Shown piece after piece: positions 26,701 to 41,600 of a stretch of DNA of 64,000 nucleotides (position 1 is the first letter of the stretch; the number at the start of each line of letters is the position of its first letter). The notes under the pieces were generated by a model. The model did not search any database. It was not told where the DNA came from and saw nothing but the letters and a program-made list of their open reading frames with translations. The DNA is from Piromyces finnis finn (taxonomy: Eukaryota > Fungi > Neocallimastigomycota): assembly GCA_002104945.1 (NCBI GenBank), contig MCFH01000022.1:310001-374000 (forward strand), in the 5' to 3' direction. Both the position numbers and the translations under genes were made by a program.

Positions 26701-27894
26701 AATCCATAGACGAAAAAATAAAATTGGAATTAAAAACTGCCCAAGTTAATAATAACAATACTTCAGACTTGAAAAGTTTCATACTATTAGAGGATCCTCC
26801 AGAAAATCATCATTTTATTGATAATGAAAATAATGTTATAAATAAAAGTTTCTATAAGACTATTATGAAAGAACATAAATTACTTTCTTCTGAATTACCA
26901 GAAGGAGAAATTGTAGTTGTTGCATTTTCATCAAGATTAGAATTATTAAGAGCTATTATTTTTGGACCAAAGGATACTATATATGAGGGTAAATAAAAAT
27001 AGTCATTTTCATATAAAGAGTTATTTATATATTTATGAAAAATAAGAGGAATTTATAAAAATCTTTTACTAATTATTTTTTTTTTAATATAAAATAGGTG
27101 CAGTATTTATGTTTGATATATGTATACCAGGTGATTATCCCTATTCTCCACCATCAGTTCATTATTATTCATTAACAATTGGTATGGGTAAACTTAATCC
27201 AAATCTTTATGAAGATGGTAAAGTATGTCTTTCATTGCTTGGAACATGGCATGGTAAAGAAGAAACAGAAGAGTGGACACCAAAATCAAATATTCTTCAA
27301 GTAAGTTATTATTTGATAAATGGAAATTTATTATCATTGTTAATATTCACATTCATTGTTTCCTTAATATTTTATATCAGGTATTATTATCAATTCAAGG
27401 TCTTGTTCTTGGTGTTCAATTACCATATTTCAATGAAGCTGGATATGATAAATTAATGCAAAACACTGAAGAAAACTTTACAGCAAATTATTACAATGAA
27501 CGTGCCTTCTATCTCTCCGTTCATACTATTAATCAAACTTTAAATTTATTAAATCTTAGTAATGAATCTATCTTTGAAATTTTCAGAGAACATATCATGA
27601 ATTACTATTATTCTGGAAATAATATGTTAAAATACATCAATGAAAAATGTCAAAAAATTATCAAAAATTCAGAAAAAAATAAAGAAGGAAATTTAAATGT
27701 AAAAAAAGAAAAATTAGAAACTGTATCAAAAGGTTGTTTGATTTTACTAAAGGTAAATACAATTTATATACTAAATTTAATAATTAAAAAATATATCAAT
27801 CTTATATATTTTAATTTTATATATATATATATATTTTTAGAATGAAGTAAATTATCTTAAATCAAAATTAGAAAATAATACCATAAAAATTTAA
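23788..27894 (+). CDS. UBE2O-like E2/E3 hybrid ubiquitin-conjugating enzyme (multi-exon)
   Basis: C-terminal UBC domain LLRAIIFGPKDTIYEG..FMFDICIPGDYPYSPPSV..LNPNLYEDGKVCLSLLGTW..EEWTPKSNILQVLLSIQGLVL with the catalytic Cys. N-terminal SH3-like blocks (DVQWQDG, FWPTDYV, DWVGEIVSI). Start exon (METKQLKSSN) is tentative. Confidence 0.85.
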
Positions 27895-28297
27895 ATATAT
27901 TTTTTTTTAAATATTTTTATCGAATGGTACACCTTTACATAAAACAACCTTTAGAATAAAAAAAAAATATTTTTTTTTTTTTTAAATATTAATTTTATAA
28001 TTAAATAATTAAATATAAAATTAAATTTCATTTATTGTTATGTTATAAATAAATAAAAATAGAATAGAAATAAATTATTATTAAAATATAGTTTTAATAC
28101 GCTATTATTTAATAAATTAATTTAAATGATGCTTTTTATTCTCTGAGCTGATTAACAAAAATTAGAAATAGTATATTCTATATAAAATGGAAAAAACATA
28201 ATTTATAATTTGTAAATCTAATGATCTAATTTTTAGATATGAATTATTTAATCACCACAATGTAACAATATAATATCAAAGTATTTTCATTTGTGAT

Positions 28298-29529
28298 TTA
28301 TTCTTCTTCATCGTTGTCTTCTTCTTCTTCATTCTCATTTTTCTGATTAATTTCATTATTGGTATCATTATTTGCTTCGACATTATTATTCTTCTTCTTT
28401 TTTGTTCTTCTTCTTCTTTTCTTTTTAGGTTTCTCAACTTCTGTATTCTCAACTTCTGCTACTTCTTCTTCTTCTTTTTTTTCATCTTCATTTATTTTCT
28501 TTTTTTGTTGTTGTTGATTATTTGGATTAACCTTTTTTTTTTTACATGATAATGGATTTGGTTGTTTTGGACCTTTTCTCTTTTTAGATTTTGGTGCTTC
28601 TTCTGGTGTATCAGTATTATTTTTTATAATAGCATTTTCATAATTATTTGGAATAGTCTTATTATATTCAATTTCTTTAACTTTATTAGTAGTTGCTGGT
28701 GATGGTGGTTCCAATATCATTACACTTCTGTTAATATATATTAATGGAACACCAGGTATTCTTCTTAAATAATCTCTTAAATTTAAATCTTGAGTTGCTA
28801 CACAATAATTAAATTGATTGGTATCACCTTGAAGAAATTATAAAAGTCGATTTATAATATAAAATTTGTTAATTAATTATTATTAAATTAAAAAATGTAT
28901 TATTAACACTTTTTTAAAACATTTAAAATAATTGATATTGAAAATGCTCATTCATTTATTTATTTCAATAAAACGATAATATTGATAATTGATAACAATG
29001 AAATGTTAAATAGTAAAAAATACCTAAAATTTCTTTTATACAATCAGCTGCATTAACAGGATTTCCACCATGTGGACATCTTCTCTTTTCAAGTCGTTTA
29101 GCTGCTAAGGCAGCACCCATAAAATCTTCACCTAAGCTTCTCAATTCATTAATTACACAATTGGTTGTCACTAAAATTTAATTTTAATTTTAATTTATTT
29201 TTAGAATATCAAATTATGTAATTTTTAAAATAATATATTACAATGATAATAATTATTGATAATTACTAATTCTTGTTTTTCCAACAACAGTTTCTTGTAA
29301 CATTGATTTATAATCGAGTCTTGAATTCTGAGCAACCTTAATAAAATTACCATCAACTATATTAATTATATTAATAATATTTAAAAAAATTAATATGTTA
29401 AAATAAATATATATATATATTTATAAATATTGTTACATTACCAATAATTTGATATGGTTCTCTGAATCCAAATGAGTGTTGATAAACACCCATATACTTT
29501 TTATAGGTCTTTTGTCTTTTCAATCTCAT
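28298..29529 (-). CDS. UTP23: rRNA-processing PIN-domain protein Utp23 (multi-exon)
   Basis: MRLKRQKTYKKYMVFYQHSFGFREPYQII..., TTNCVINELRSLG, RRCPH..PVNAADCI, ATQDLNLRDYLRRIPGVPLIYI, and a C-terminal KGPKQPNPLSCKKKK basic tail. Confidence 0.92.
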
Positions 29530-30086
29530 TTCTTTTTATTATCGTAAGTGGAGGTACTGTTATAGTTTAAAATTTCGATAATTTAAAATTATAAAAATAA
29601 AAATTATTGTATATTTACGTATACATAATGTAGATAAATAGGTTAATAATATTACATAGTAAATTTTTAAAAATTAAAATTTAAAAATAATTTTATAATA
29701 GAATTTTTCAATACAAGATTTTAATTATAAAACATTAATAAAATAATAATAATTGACATTTAATAATTTTATTCAAAAAAAAATATGTAGTCTTATTCAA
29801 AATGTAAAATAAATATTAATAAAATAAATTATATTGAAATTTTTAATACACCCATATTAACATTTTTAATTTAAAAATTTCAACATTGCCTAACCCTATT
29901 TAATAAGGTTATTATAAAACACAAATAAATACTCACACACCAATACACCAATACACTCTAAATATCAATAATAATAATAATAATACTCAATTCACAATAT
30001 ATTCAATTTTTTTAAATTATATTAAAAAAAAAAAAGATTTATTTTTTTTAATTTTTTTTATATTTTTTAATAACATCTATACTATT

Positions 30087-30227
30087 AGCCAATCATATTT
30101 TAAAAAATGTATAATATATTATTATATATGTTTGAATTTATTTTATATATGTTTGAAGTATATTGTTCAGTATTATTAAATGTGGCTCATTTACTACTTT
30201 TATGTTTTTAGCCAATCGAGGCAATCA
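30087..30227 (+). promoter_or_regulatory. CCAAT boxes in the divergent UTP23/EGD1 intergenic region
   Basis: AGCCAATCA at 30087-30095 and AGCCAATCG at 30210-30218 match the RRCCAATSR consensus; degenerate AGGCAATCA follows immediately. Confidence 0.4.
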
Positions 30228-30784
30228 ATTTTTATTAGTATGAAAAAAAAAATTAATGATAATTCTTTAATATTATTATTCTTCTCTCTCTTGCCTTTTA
30301 TTTTGTTATATATTGAAGGTAATGCATTATGATATAAATAAATTTTATGTATATTATATAATGAAAAATATTAGATATTATTTTTATAAATAAGATATAA
30401 AATGTGGATGATAATATTATGAAAGTTATTATAAAATACTATAATATTATTTTATTATACTTTTATTTATTATGATTACATATACCTAAATGAAGAAATT
30501 GGTGGTTACAAAAGATAAATAAAGAAGACTTAATATCAAATAAAAAATCAGTAATAGTTAGTGGACGATTAAAATAATACAAGCAAATATTTCAAAATTA
30601 GTGAAAACAAATTAAATTACGAAAAATGATCTAAAATAAAAAAAATGATGGAAAAAATAAAGAAATTTTTTATTTTATATATGGAGAATAGTGCCGAATT
30701 TATATAATATAATTCTAATATTAAAAATATTTATATTAATATAATATTATAAAAATCTTGAAATGATTAAAATTATACAAATAG

Positions 30785-31441
30785 ATGAATAACGATAAAT
30801 TATCAAAGTTACAAACCACTGTTCGTATTGGTGGTAAGGGTACTCCACGTCGTAAGATGAAGAAGACCCACAAGACTAACGTTGTTGGTGGTGATGACAA
30901 GAAGCTCCAAACCGTTCTTAAGAAGATGGGTACCCAAAACATCTCTGAAATTGAAGAAGTTAACATGTTCAAGGATGATGGTAACATTATTCACTTCGAT
31001 AAACCAAAGGGTGAGTGTTGATAATTGTATTAATATTATTAAAGATTTTATGTATTATAATGTAAAATAATTAGCTAATAATAAAAATTGTTAAAAACAA
31101 AAATAGTTTCTGCCTCTATTGCCTCTAACACCTTCATCATTGATGGTAAGGGTGAAGACAAGGAATTATTCGAATTAGTTCCAGGAATCATCAACCAACT
31201 TGGTCCAGAATCTATTGCCAGCTTAAAGAAGTTAGCTGAAGCTGCTCAATCTGAAGCTGCCGCTGCCGGTGAAGCCCCAGCTGCCGAAGAAGACAATGAC
31301 GATGAAATTCCAGAAGTAAGTTTAGACAATGTTATAAATACATAAAAAATTTTAAAATAAATAAATATTAAATGATTTTTTTCTTTTAATAAAATAATAT
31401 AGCTCGTCGAAAACTTCGATGAAGTTGAAAACAAGGCTTAA
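30785..31441 (+). CDS. EGD1: Nascent polypeptide-associated complex beta subunit (BTF3/Egd1), three exons
   Basis: [24 protein letters not shown]...[27 protein letters not shown], then [25 protein letters not shown], then DDEIPE|[12 protein letters not shown]. Confidence 0.95.
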
Positions 31442-31774
31442 ATTATCTATTAATTAATTATTCATAAAATATATAAATAAAAAAAATTAAAAAAAATAGT
31501 TTAAATTGTGTTTTATGGGAAAATAAAATTGTTTAATAGTGTAAGCATATTATTTAAAAAATAAAATCACATTTATTCAATAAAAAGCAAAAAAAAATTT
31601 TTTATTTTTATTAAAAAATAAAGTGAATGTATTAAAAATATTTATTTTATATGAAAAAATGAAAAAGATTTATTGGAAATAATTAATAGTTTTTTTATTT
31701 TAAATATATATAGTTTCTTAAAACAATTTTTTCTATTTAAATATTGATTTTGTAAATTTATAATTATAGAAATT

Positions 31775-32573
31775 TTATATTTTTTTCTTTTTTTCTTCTG
31801 TTTTTTGAATTTCTGTATTAAGAAGAACAGTGCCAGTTACAATTAAACTAGCACCAAACCACCATTGAAGCGATAGTGGTTCATTAAATATAAGAAGGCC
31901 AAGGATTGCCTATATTTTAATATATATAAAACTTATTAGTACTTCTGTTATAAGTAAAACTATTTTTTAAAGGAAAAGAGCTATGCATAAACTTTTAGAT
32001 CCCAAAAATAATATAGTATATTTAAATTTTAAAAAATTAAGAAAAAATAAAACAGAAAAAATGCATCATAAATTGATTATATATTTACAGTTAAACAAAA
32101 GTTGGTAGCATTATTAATAACAGTAACTTGGATTGAAGATTTGGAAACATTTAAAGCTTTGGTAAAATAGGCCCACATTAATGCATTGCATAAGAATAAA
32201 CATAAAAATGAAATTAATCTAAAAATTCGAAAGATCTTTTTCAAGTATATATGTATATATATTTGATAATTAGTGTGTGTTTAGTATATATAAATATATA
32301 AATCTTTTATTTATTTATATTTGTAAAAAGCAATTACTATTATATAATAATACTTACTTTTTGAAATTTTATCCAACTGTCATCACCTCTAATGTAGACC
32401 CCATCTTCCACTGAACACCAATCTGGATTTGATACAAAGAATCTACACACAAAACGATAATATTGATTAGTATTAGAATCAACAGCTAATTTTGCACATA
32501 CTGAAGCTAATGCAGCTAAAGTTCCTGCTAATACTGAATAAAATATAGTAGAGATTATTGAAGTTTTTGCCAT
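31775..32573 (-). CDS. TMEM42-like DMT/EamA-superfamily membrane protein (multi-exon)
   Basis: AGTLAALASVCAKLA; LFLCNALMWAYFTKALNVSKSSIQVTVINNATNF; AILGLLIFNEPLSLQWWFGASLIVTGTVLL. Stop at 31775-31777. Confidence 0.8.
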
Positions 32574-33239
32574 AAGGTTATTTTTTTAAAAAGAAAAAAA
32601 AAATATTTTTGCTATATTATAATTTATTATTTTGTAATTAGTATTTTTATTTAGTTTAGTTTAGTTTTTTAAAAAAAAAAAAAAAAAATGTTTAGATGAT
32701 TGTTTTTAATTTTATTAATTTTATTATTTTTATGAGATATTTCTAAATTTTTACTTTTTATTTTTTTAATATCAAATAAAAATATTAAAAAAATAAAAAT
32801 AAAAATAAAATTAGAAATATAAAAATAAATAAAATTTGTACTATGAAAAAAAAATGAGTATTTATTTAAAAATATACTAAATAAATTATTTTAAAATTTT
32901 GTATTATCGTATTATTTAATTTGTTTGTTTGTTTAAACATTTATATTAATGATATTAATAAATATATAAAAAAAAAAAAAAAAAAAAAAAAAAGGATTTT
33001 ATTTTCATATTTTCTTTTAACCTTGGTTTTATTTTATTTATTTGTTTATTTCCTTCTTTAATCATTGGTTTTATATAATTAAAATAAGGTTTTAAAGTAT
33101 AAAATATTTTATATAATATTTTATATTTTAATTAATTTATTAAAAAAAAAAAAATTGTAAAAAACAAAACAAAAAGTAAATGGCATACTGTATTATTATA
33201 TTTCATATGTTCTTATCTATGAAATTATATGAAATCACT

Positions 33240-34426
33240 CTATTTCATAAATTGGTCAATTCTTCCTTTTCTTCTTTCACAGTACTATAAAAATAAATAT
33301 AAATTAGAATTAAATAATTATAAATAAAAATTTATAATATTCGATATTTTTAATCATATTCACCTTTTCATAACCATCTAAACTTCTAAATTTATCTTCA
33401 GGTAAAACATTATTTTCGATTTCAATAAAGCAAACAGTTGAATCAGAAAGAATTTCTGTTGGAAAATCAACTATGGAATTGTTATTTAATTTTAAATTCT
33501 TTAAACGAGGCATTTTGGCGATGGAAGTTGGAATATGAACAATTACATTATTAGTAACATTAATTTCTTCACAACTTTCAAGTCCATTTCCAATATCATC
33601 AGGTAAACTAATCATTTTTGTAAATAACATATAATATTATATTTTAATATTAACTGTATAGTGTCTATTAAACAAATCATACACTTAAATATATATACTT
33701 ACTTTTGGATTCTATTATTAGATAAATCCAGTTGTGTAATACTATTTAATTTATTAATTTCATTTGGAATTGAAGTTATTTCATTATTATAAAGTAATAA
33801 CTGATTTAAATTTTTAAGTTTTTGAATATCTTAAAAATAATTATTATGTTAATTTTCAGAATTGAAATATGAAAATATTTTATTATATATATTAAGTTCC
33901 TATTAAATTGCTATTTAAATATAAATATACATTAATACCTATGGATATGTTAGATATTTTATTATAAGATAAATTTAATGTTTTTAAATTTTTTAATTCA
34001 AATATTTCTGGTGGTAATTCGGTAATGGAATTATGTGATAAATTCAAAATTTTTAAATTTTGTAATTGCTTTATTTCTGGTGGACTTGAATATTATTTTA
34101 ATTTATAATCGCATTACATTCATTAGATATAAACAATATTAAAATATTTTATATTGATATTTAGAAGAAAAAGAAAAAAAGCATTAATTATATATTATTC
34201 ACATATAAACTTCAGTTCTTAAAGTATTGTTTATATATAATTACATTCGAGTAATCCTATTTCCTGATAAATCTAAACTTTTTAAATTTGGAAATGATAA
34301 AATGTAAATTGGAATTTCCTCTATCTTTGAATTAGGCAAAGTTAGGACTCCTGTTTTTTTTGACATTTCAATTTTGGAATGAAATTGATTTGAAGTGATT
34401 TTGTTAGAAGAAGGTGTGTTTCCCAT
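33240..34426 (-). CDS. Leucine-rich-repeat protein, LRRC57-like (multi-exon)
   Basis: MGNTPS.. start (possible myristoylation Gly2), SKKTGVLTL, several LxxLxLxxNxI repeats, and C-terminus FRSLDGYEK|YCERRKGRIDQFMK*. This resembles the LRRC57 layout as I recall it. Confidence 0.7.
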
Positions 34427-34814
34427 TTTTATTTATTATAATCTTCAATTGATTTTATATTAAATTTAAAACTTTTATAAAAAAATTTATAGTAATAATA
34501 AATAGTTATATATTTTTAGTTTTACTATTTAGTTAACTTTTTTTTTTGCTAAATATGTTAAATATGTTTTTATTATTAGATTTTTTTTTTTTAAATAAAG
34601 ATTTACTGCTTTTGTTATCTACCGTTTTTTAATTATTACTTTTATCTTTTAAGGTAAGAGAAATTTAATTAAAACTCAATAATTAATTTTTAATTACCTC
34701 TCCAATCACACCAATAAGATTTATTTTGTAAAGAAATTTCGATTTAAAATATAAAATTTTAATTATTATTTTTTTTTCTTTAATTATTTATTAATAAAAT
34801 TAAACTTATTAAAG

Positions 34815-36056
34815 ATGGAAAAGGAGGAGGAAACTGTAGTTGAATTAAATAAAAACGAAAAGCAAAATGTTGTTGAAAATGACAAAAAAAAGAATAAAAA
34901 AAATAAACCAAAAAAGGCACCAAAAACCCCAGTTGTTGAAAAGAAATTAAAAATTTTATGTCTTCATGGTTATGCTCAAAATTTAAAGATTTTCCAAAAA
35001 AGAACAGCTGTATTAAAAAAAGCTTTAAAAAGCGTTGCCGAATTATGTAAAAATTTAACTTAAATTTTTTTTTAAATATATATTTTAAATAAATTTAATA
35101 ATTGATTTGTAAAATGAACAAATAATTCTTTTCTTACAAATTTTAAATTTCAAAAATTTATAATAATAAAAAAGATTATGTTGCCGGACCACATGTATCA
35201 AGTATGAACCCAGCTGACCATCAAAAACTTGTTATTGATGAAAATACACCAGAAGGTACAATATAATAAATGTTTTGAGAATCTTAACATTAAACAAAAT
35301 TAAAAAATTTAGTTACAAAGATATTTACTATTTATACAATTTAAAATTCTTAAACATTAAAAGATGAAAAGCCTTTAGGATGGTGGAATTTCTCAGATGA
35401 TGACAAAAAGTATTTCGGTTTAGAAGAATCTCTTGAACTCTTATTAAAAATAATGAAAGAAGAAGGACCATTTGATGGTGTATTTGGTTTTTCACAAGGT
35501 TTATATATAATTAATTTGTTATTTATTTATTAATGTACAAGTAATAATTTAAAAATTTCAATGCATATTAATTTCATATAATCAATTTAATATAAACATT
35601 TATAATTTAAAACAAGGTTCTTCTATGGCTGCTATTTTATGTTCTCATTTAGAATTAGAAAATGAAAAAGGTAATCAAGAAGTTCCACCTACTCCAAAGT
35701 TTGTTATGTTTTTCTCTGGTTTTAGACCAGATGATGATGCCTATAATAAGTATTTTAATTCTGAACGTAAATTGAAAATTAAGAGTTTACATGTATATGG
35801 TGAAGAAGACAAATGGTTAAATCCAGGTTAGTATAGTATTAATGAAAAAAGTACTTTATATAATAAAGTATTTTTTTTTATTATTAATCAAATAATTGAT
35901 ACATCTTTTATTTTATATTATAATTAATATTTATAGAACGTAGTAAAAAATTAGCAACTTTCTATGAAAACCCAACTATTTTAACTCATTCTGGAGGGTA
36001 AGAATTTTTAATTTCAAAAAATTAGTCAAATAATCATAATCATGATAACTAAAAAT

Positions 36057-36088
<32 letters not shown>

Positions 36089-36191
36089 GTATTTTGAAAT
36101 AATTTTATAAATTAGTCACTTTATTCCAATGGAAGCTGAAAAAAGACACTATTATGTAGATTACATCAAGCAATTTTTAGATACTAATTAA
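34815..36191 (+). CDS. FSH1/OVCA2-family serine hydrolase (multi-exon)
   Basis: LKILCLHGYAQN, GPFDGVFGFSQG (GxSxG nucleophile), SLHVYGEEDKW (Asp) and HSGGHFIP (His). Confidence 0.9.
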
Positions 36192-36712
36192 GAATTATAG
36201 AAAAACAACATTTTGTTGATATTAAAAATCAAAAATAAAATATATATATACCAGAAACTAATATAAAAAAAAAAATTAAAAATAGAACATTATAAAAAAA
36301 ATATATATATATAACCAAAAAAAAATAAATAAACATTAGAACAATAAATGTTTTATTATATATATATATTAAATGAGATAGTTTTATGTAATTTTTTTAA
36401 TTAGATGATGTTTATCAAAAAAAAAAAAAAAAAAGGTCATAGTTTAATATTGTCAATTTTTAATATGCAGATGTAGATATTTTGTATTTATAATATTTTA
36501 TGATATGTTATTAATTTAACAATCAAAAATATGTGTTATATTCTAAACTTATTATATATTGATAAAAAGAATTAATAATTTTAATTATGCAGTAGAAACC
36601 AAAACAGATTGTATTAGTTTTTCAAAAACAAATATTAAATAATAATAATTAAAATTATTCTTTTAACCTAATCTCTTATATTTAACAATTAAATAATATA
36701 AATATTGTTTAC

Positions 36713-36895
<183 letters not shown>

Positions 36896-37043
36896 TGTAT
36901 TTTAATTTTTAAATAATAATTTTAGTATCTTCTTATTTAAAGAATAGTAATAATAAAATTGTATAAAAAATTATTTAAAAAGAATAAATTAGTAGTTCAA
37001 AAAGAAAAAATTACAATATATATATATAAATAATAAAAAAAAG

Positions 37044-38024
37044 ATGAAAAATTCTAAAAAAAAAGATGACAGCCTATCTGAAGAAAAAAAGCAAACTTCA
37101 GGAATAAGTTTAATGAAACATAACCGTCTAAGAGTTTTATCGGAATCTTCATCAAACAAAATAATATCCTCAAAAAATGATTTAGTGCTTTCTTCAAATG
37201 GTATATTATTATTTTTCATAGAAATAATAAAATATACTACATATAAATTAAAATTGTTTAAACATGTCATTAATTTTAAACTTTTGTAATTTAAAAATGA
37301 ATGATGCATTTTTTTTTTTTTCTTAACAAATAATATAAATAGATAATTTTATTTATAAGAAAGACATTACTATAGCAGAGAAGATAAATCAATTAAAACA
37401 TAAAAAATACTATCTGAGAAAAAATAATGAAAATGATAAAACAAGAAGCAATAATAATGATTCTAGAAGAAATAGTTCAAATAATAACGACTTTTCAATG
37501 TCAGATAATGGTATATATTTTAAAATATCAAAAAAATACAGTTAAAGATATAATATTAATATAATATATAATATATTATTTATAAAAAAGATACCATTCA
37601 AAATATTGATCCAATAACACCGTCATCATCGTATAATGTTGATACACGACGTAGTAGTAGAGATAATAACCAAAGTAACAATGCTTTAGATTCAATTATC
37701 ACAGATCCTTCAACCCTTGCTCAACCTATAAGGCAAGAGTTACAAATTAAGGCGAAAGAATCAATGTCGGATATTATTTTGGCTTGTCGTTCATTAATAC
37801 AATCAAGTAATGTTAGTAACAATCTTTCAAAAGCAGTCTACAACTTTTCACTTTTAGATTCTGTTTTTTCAGATATCGATAATTCCATTACTAAAATCAA
37901 TCAAAATCTAAGTAGTTGTAAACAGAAAAATGAAGATATAACAAAATCTCTTGAAGAATTAAATGAAGCACAAGAAGGTAGTAGAAGAGTGAAAGACTTA
38001 ATAGTAGCTTACATTACTGAATAA
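37044..38024 (+). CDS. Three-exon coiled-coil protein, C-terminus possibly BORCS7-like; probable exons 37044-37200, ~37365-37510, ~37592-38024
   Basis: Exons join in frame via phase-1 GT/AG introns. C-terminal LQIKAKESMSDIILACRSLIQSSNVSNNLSKAVYNFSLLDSVFSDIDNSITKI resembles my recollection of BORCS7 spacing. The family call is unverified. Confidence 0.5.
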
Positions 38025-38679
38025 TGAAAAATATAATACAAACATATATTACTATAAAACTTTTTTCTTTTGGATTTTCATTAGTTTTATTTTTATTTAA
38101 TATATTTATAATAACCTAATGACAAATATAATTAGGACACATTGCATAATTTAAAATACCTATAATATACCAGATATCAAACTTATGAGTTAACTGTAAT
38201 AAGTTATAATAATAGCAATTTTTTTTTTTAATAGATATTTTAAACTATGATAACCTATTCATCAATAATTAATCTATTACTTATACCTTTTGAATAAAAG
38301 AAAAAAAAAATTCTATAAATGAATTAAAAATGTAAATAAAACACAAAACACTAAAAATATAATAATTGTTTTGCTTTGTTTTGTTTTTTAAGCAATTGTT
38401 CTTTATATTGAATAATGTTTTAATACTTATTTATTATAATTCTATTTTAAAAAAATATAATTTTAATGATGATTATATTTTATTTAACACAAAAATTGTT
38501 TTTAAAAAAATGAAAAAAAAAAAAAAATATTTATAAATTTCGATATATTTTGTATATAAATAAATTAATAATAGATTATTTGATATTTTATAAATGAATG
38601 ATATAATGGTAAAAATAAAGAAATAAAAGATATATGATGGTAATAATTAATTAATTACTTTTTCTATTATTCATGATAT

Positions 38680-41600
38680 TTAATTTTTATATAAGTTTTC
38701 TATATCTTTAGTAGATTTTAAAACAATATTTGCTAATTGCATAATTTCATTTGTTTTTTGTTTCACCTAAAATGATTAATATTAAATATATGTTAATTTA
38801 TAATATTTTCTCAAACAAGCTTTTCAAATTTAATATAAAAAAGAAAAAATAAATTAAAAACTTACAATCATTTCCTTTGTTATTTCATCAATCTTAATAT
38901 TTACTGGTGGCCAAATATTTTTTATAGCTGTATGGAGTTGAGATGGAACCCATAATAAATAAGCATCTAAGAAAAATTTTGGTTGGGTTGACCATTTTTG
39001 TAATAACTTTTGTTTTGAATCAATATTTGAAGCTGCCAATACTCTAGTTAAATCTAATACTTTAGATTGAGTCTTAGCCCATGTCTTTGTCATAATTGAT
39101 GGTTTTGAATTAATAAATGGCTATATTAAAAATTATAAATTTAAAAAAAAATAATGTTATTATATTAGTATTAAGAATAATTAATATAAAAAAATAAATT
39201 TATATTTTATTCAAAAAAAAAAAAAATCTTTTTACCTCTAATAAACCAAAAAGACCTCTTTGAATAACTATTTTATGTATTGGATCATCATTCTTCTTAA
39301 CTGCTACTTTTCCACTATTTAAAGTTTGTTGATTAATAATTTTACCCTCTAAAAGGAAACGAGCAAACCATTGAATCTTAGAAGCAATTCCACTTATATT
39401 AACAGTTTGAGCTTCAGATGCAGATGGGAAATCTACTTCAATAGTTGAAAGTGGCCAGTTATGTGGACCATAATTTGGTGAAACAAAACATTTAATGGTA
39501 TCCTTTTCAGCATCATAATGAGGTTCCGGTTTTTCTAATATACGACCCCAACGACATAAACCACGAGTCATAAGTTTTCCAAGCCATTCATCTTTAATAA
39601 TAGTAATTCCTTTCATCCAGAATTTATCACCAGTTAAATTTTCGGAAGAACGTGTATGAATTAATTCCGATTGATCAGCTGATAAATGTTGTTCTTTACC
39701 AACCATTTCTTGATAGATAACCCAACGTGGAGTAGGATGCTTAGCATAAATACTACTATTACGATGAATACCAACGAATTGTTGATTGGAGGTATAGATA
39801 GTAGTATAACTTGGTTGAGGATTTTTAATATTCTTAGGATAACTATCGTTTATATAAGCGACTTGATCTGGGAAACCAGATAAAACAATTTGACAGATTA
39901 AATTAATTTGGTTTTCATTTGGTGGAGGCATACGTGGATTCATATAAAGACTATCTAATGTTTGACTTAATTGTTTACTAATAGATACGTTAGTATCATA
40001 AAATACTGTTTTAATTAAATTTGTTAATTGATGTCTTAATTTTGAAATTTCTAACATAGCTTTTAAACGAACAAATTTTTCTTTACAATATTCATTAAGT
40101 TTTTCTTCAGAAGGATTAGTAGAACGGAAATGTTCAAATGCACCAATACTTGTTAATAATTTTATGAAATCAGAAATAGGATTTTTACCATTGTAAGCTT
40201 GCATAACCTGGTAATACTTTTTACGTAATTCTCTACGTTGAGCTTTCATTTCATTTTCTACCTTATTCTTAAGTTCACCTTTACGGTCAAGAAGTTCATT
40301 TTCGTTTTTTATATCATCATCACTTTCACTATCACTATCATTTTCATCATCTGAATCTTCCTCATTATTATTTGATAAAAGTGTTTCATCACGCTCAAAT
40401 GGATCACCAACAGATAAACCTGCAACAATAGCAATAACATATGGAAGAATTGCATTTCCTTGTTGTGCAGCTAAAATTAACATTTTACCATATCTTGGAA
40501 GTACTGGTAACTTTGCAATTAATTTACCTAATGGAGTAATCTTTAAGTTCTTGGTATCAGGATCTAATGCACCTAAATAGGTTAAAATTCTTTCAGATTT
40601 TCTTAATTGGTCACGATTAGGAGCTGTTGGGAATGGGAAATTACATACTTGAGAAATACCCATTGATTTCATTTGAACTACCACACCATCAATTGGTGTT
40701 TTAAGAATTTCTGGTTTTGAGAAACCTTCAAATTGGTCATTAAAAACAGCACTACTAAACAAACGATAACAATGACCTGGACCTGTTCTACCTGCACGAC
40801 CAGCACGTTGATCAGCTGAAGCCTTAGAAGTCCAACGAATTTGATAAGTTTGAATACCAGTATATGGATCATAAACTCTAGTTTTTACTTTACCAGTATC
40901 AACAACATAACGAATATTTGGAATAGTTAATGAAGTTTCAGCAACATTAGTAGCAATAACACAAAGTCTTGAGTTTTCCGGTGGTTTTTCAAAAACTCTT
41001 AATTGAGCTGCAGTAGGCAATAATGAATATAATGGTAAAACATGTAATCCACCTACCGGAACTATTTTTTTCATAGAGATGAACAAAAAATAAAAAAAAA
41101 AGGAAAGAAAATATAAATAAACGAAATTTAATATTTGAACTATTTTTTTAAATTAAAATTAATAAAATATTTTCTGAAAAAAAAAAAAAAAATTACCATC
41201 ATCGTCATCTTCATCATCATCCATTACTTTATCAAATTCTTCATCTTCCTCATCATCAATATCACCATTTAATATAGTAATCTCTTCTTCTTCACTATCA
41301 CTAGCCTCTTCATCTTCATCTTCTATATCAGACATATCATCTAACATTTGGGTAGTTTTAGCCTTATCTTTGTTATCATTTTCTAATTCTACATTATCAT
41401 CTTCAGCACCAAATCCACCAGCACCTGTAGCTTTTTCTTTCTTTTGTAAATTATCAATATCATCTTCATTGTCTATTATATTTATTGTTATATTAATGTT
41501 AATATTATAATTATAAGGATTATTATTTATATAATTAAAAAATAAATTAATAAAATTACCACTTGATTCATCTGATGAATCCTTAGACTGATTATCTATC

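Noticed and set aside
41465-41545. Asn/Ile-rich insertion in the DHX37 translation
   Set aside because: A stop-free in-frame GT..AG intron read through by the ORF finder.
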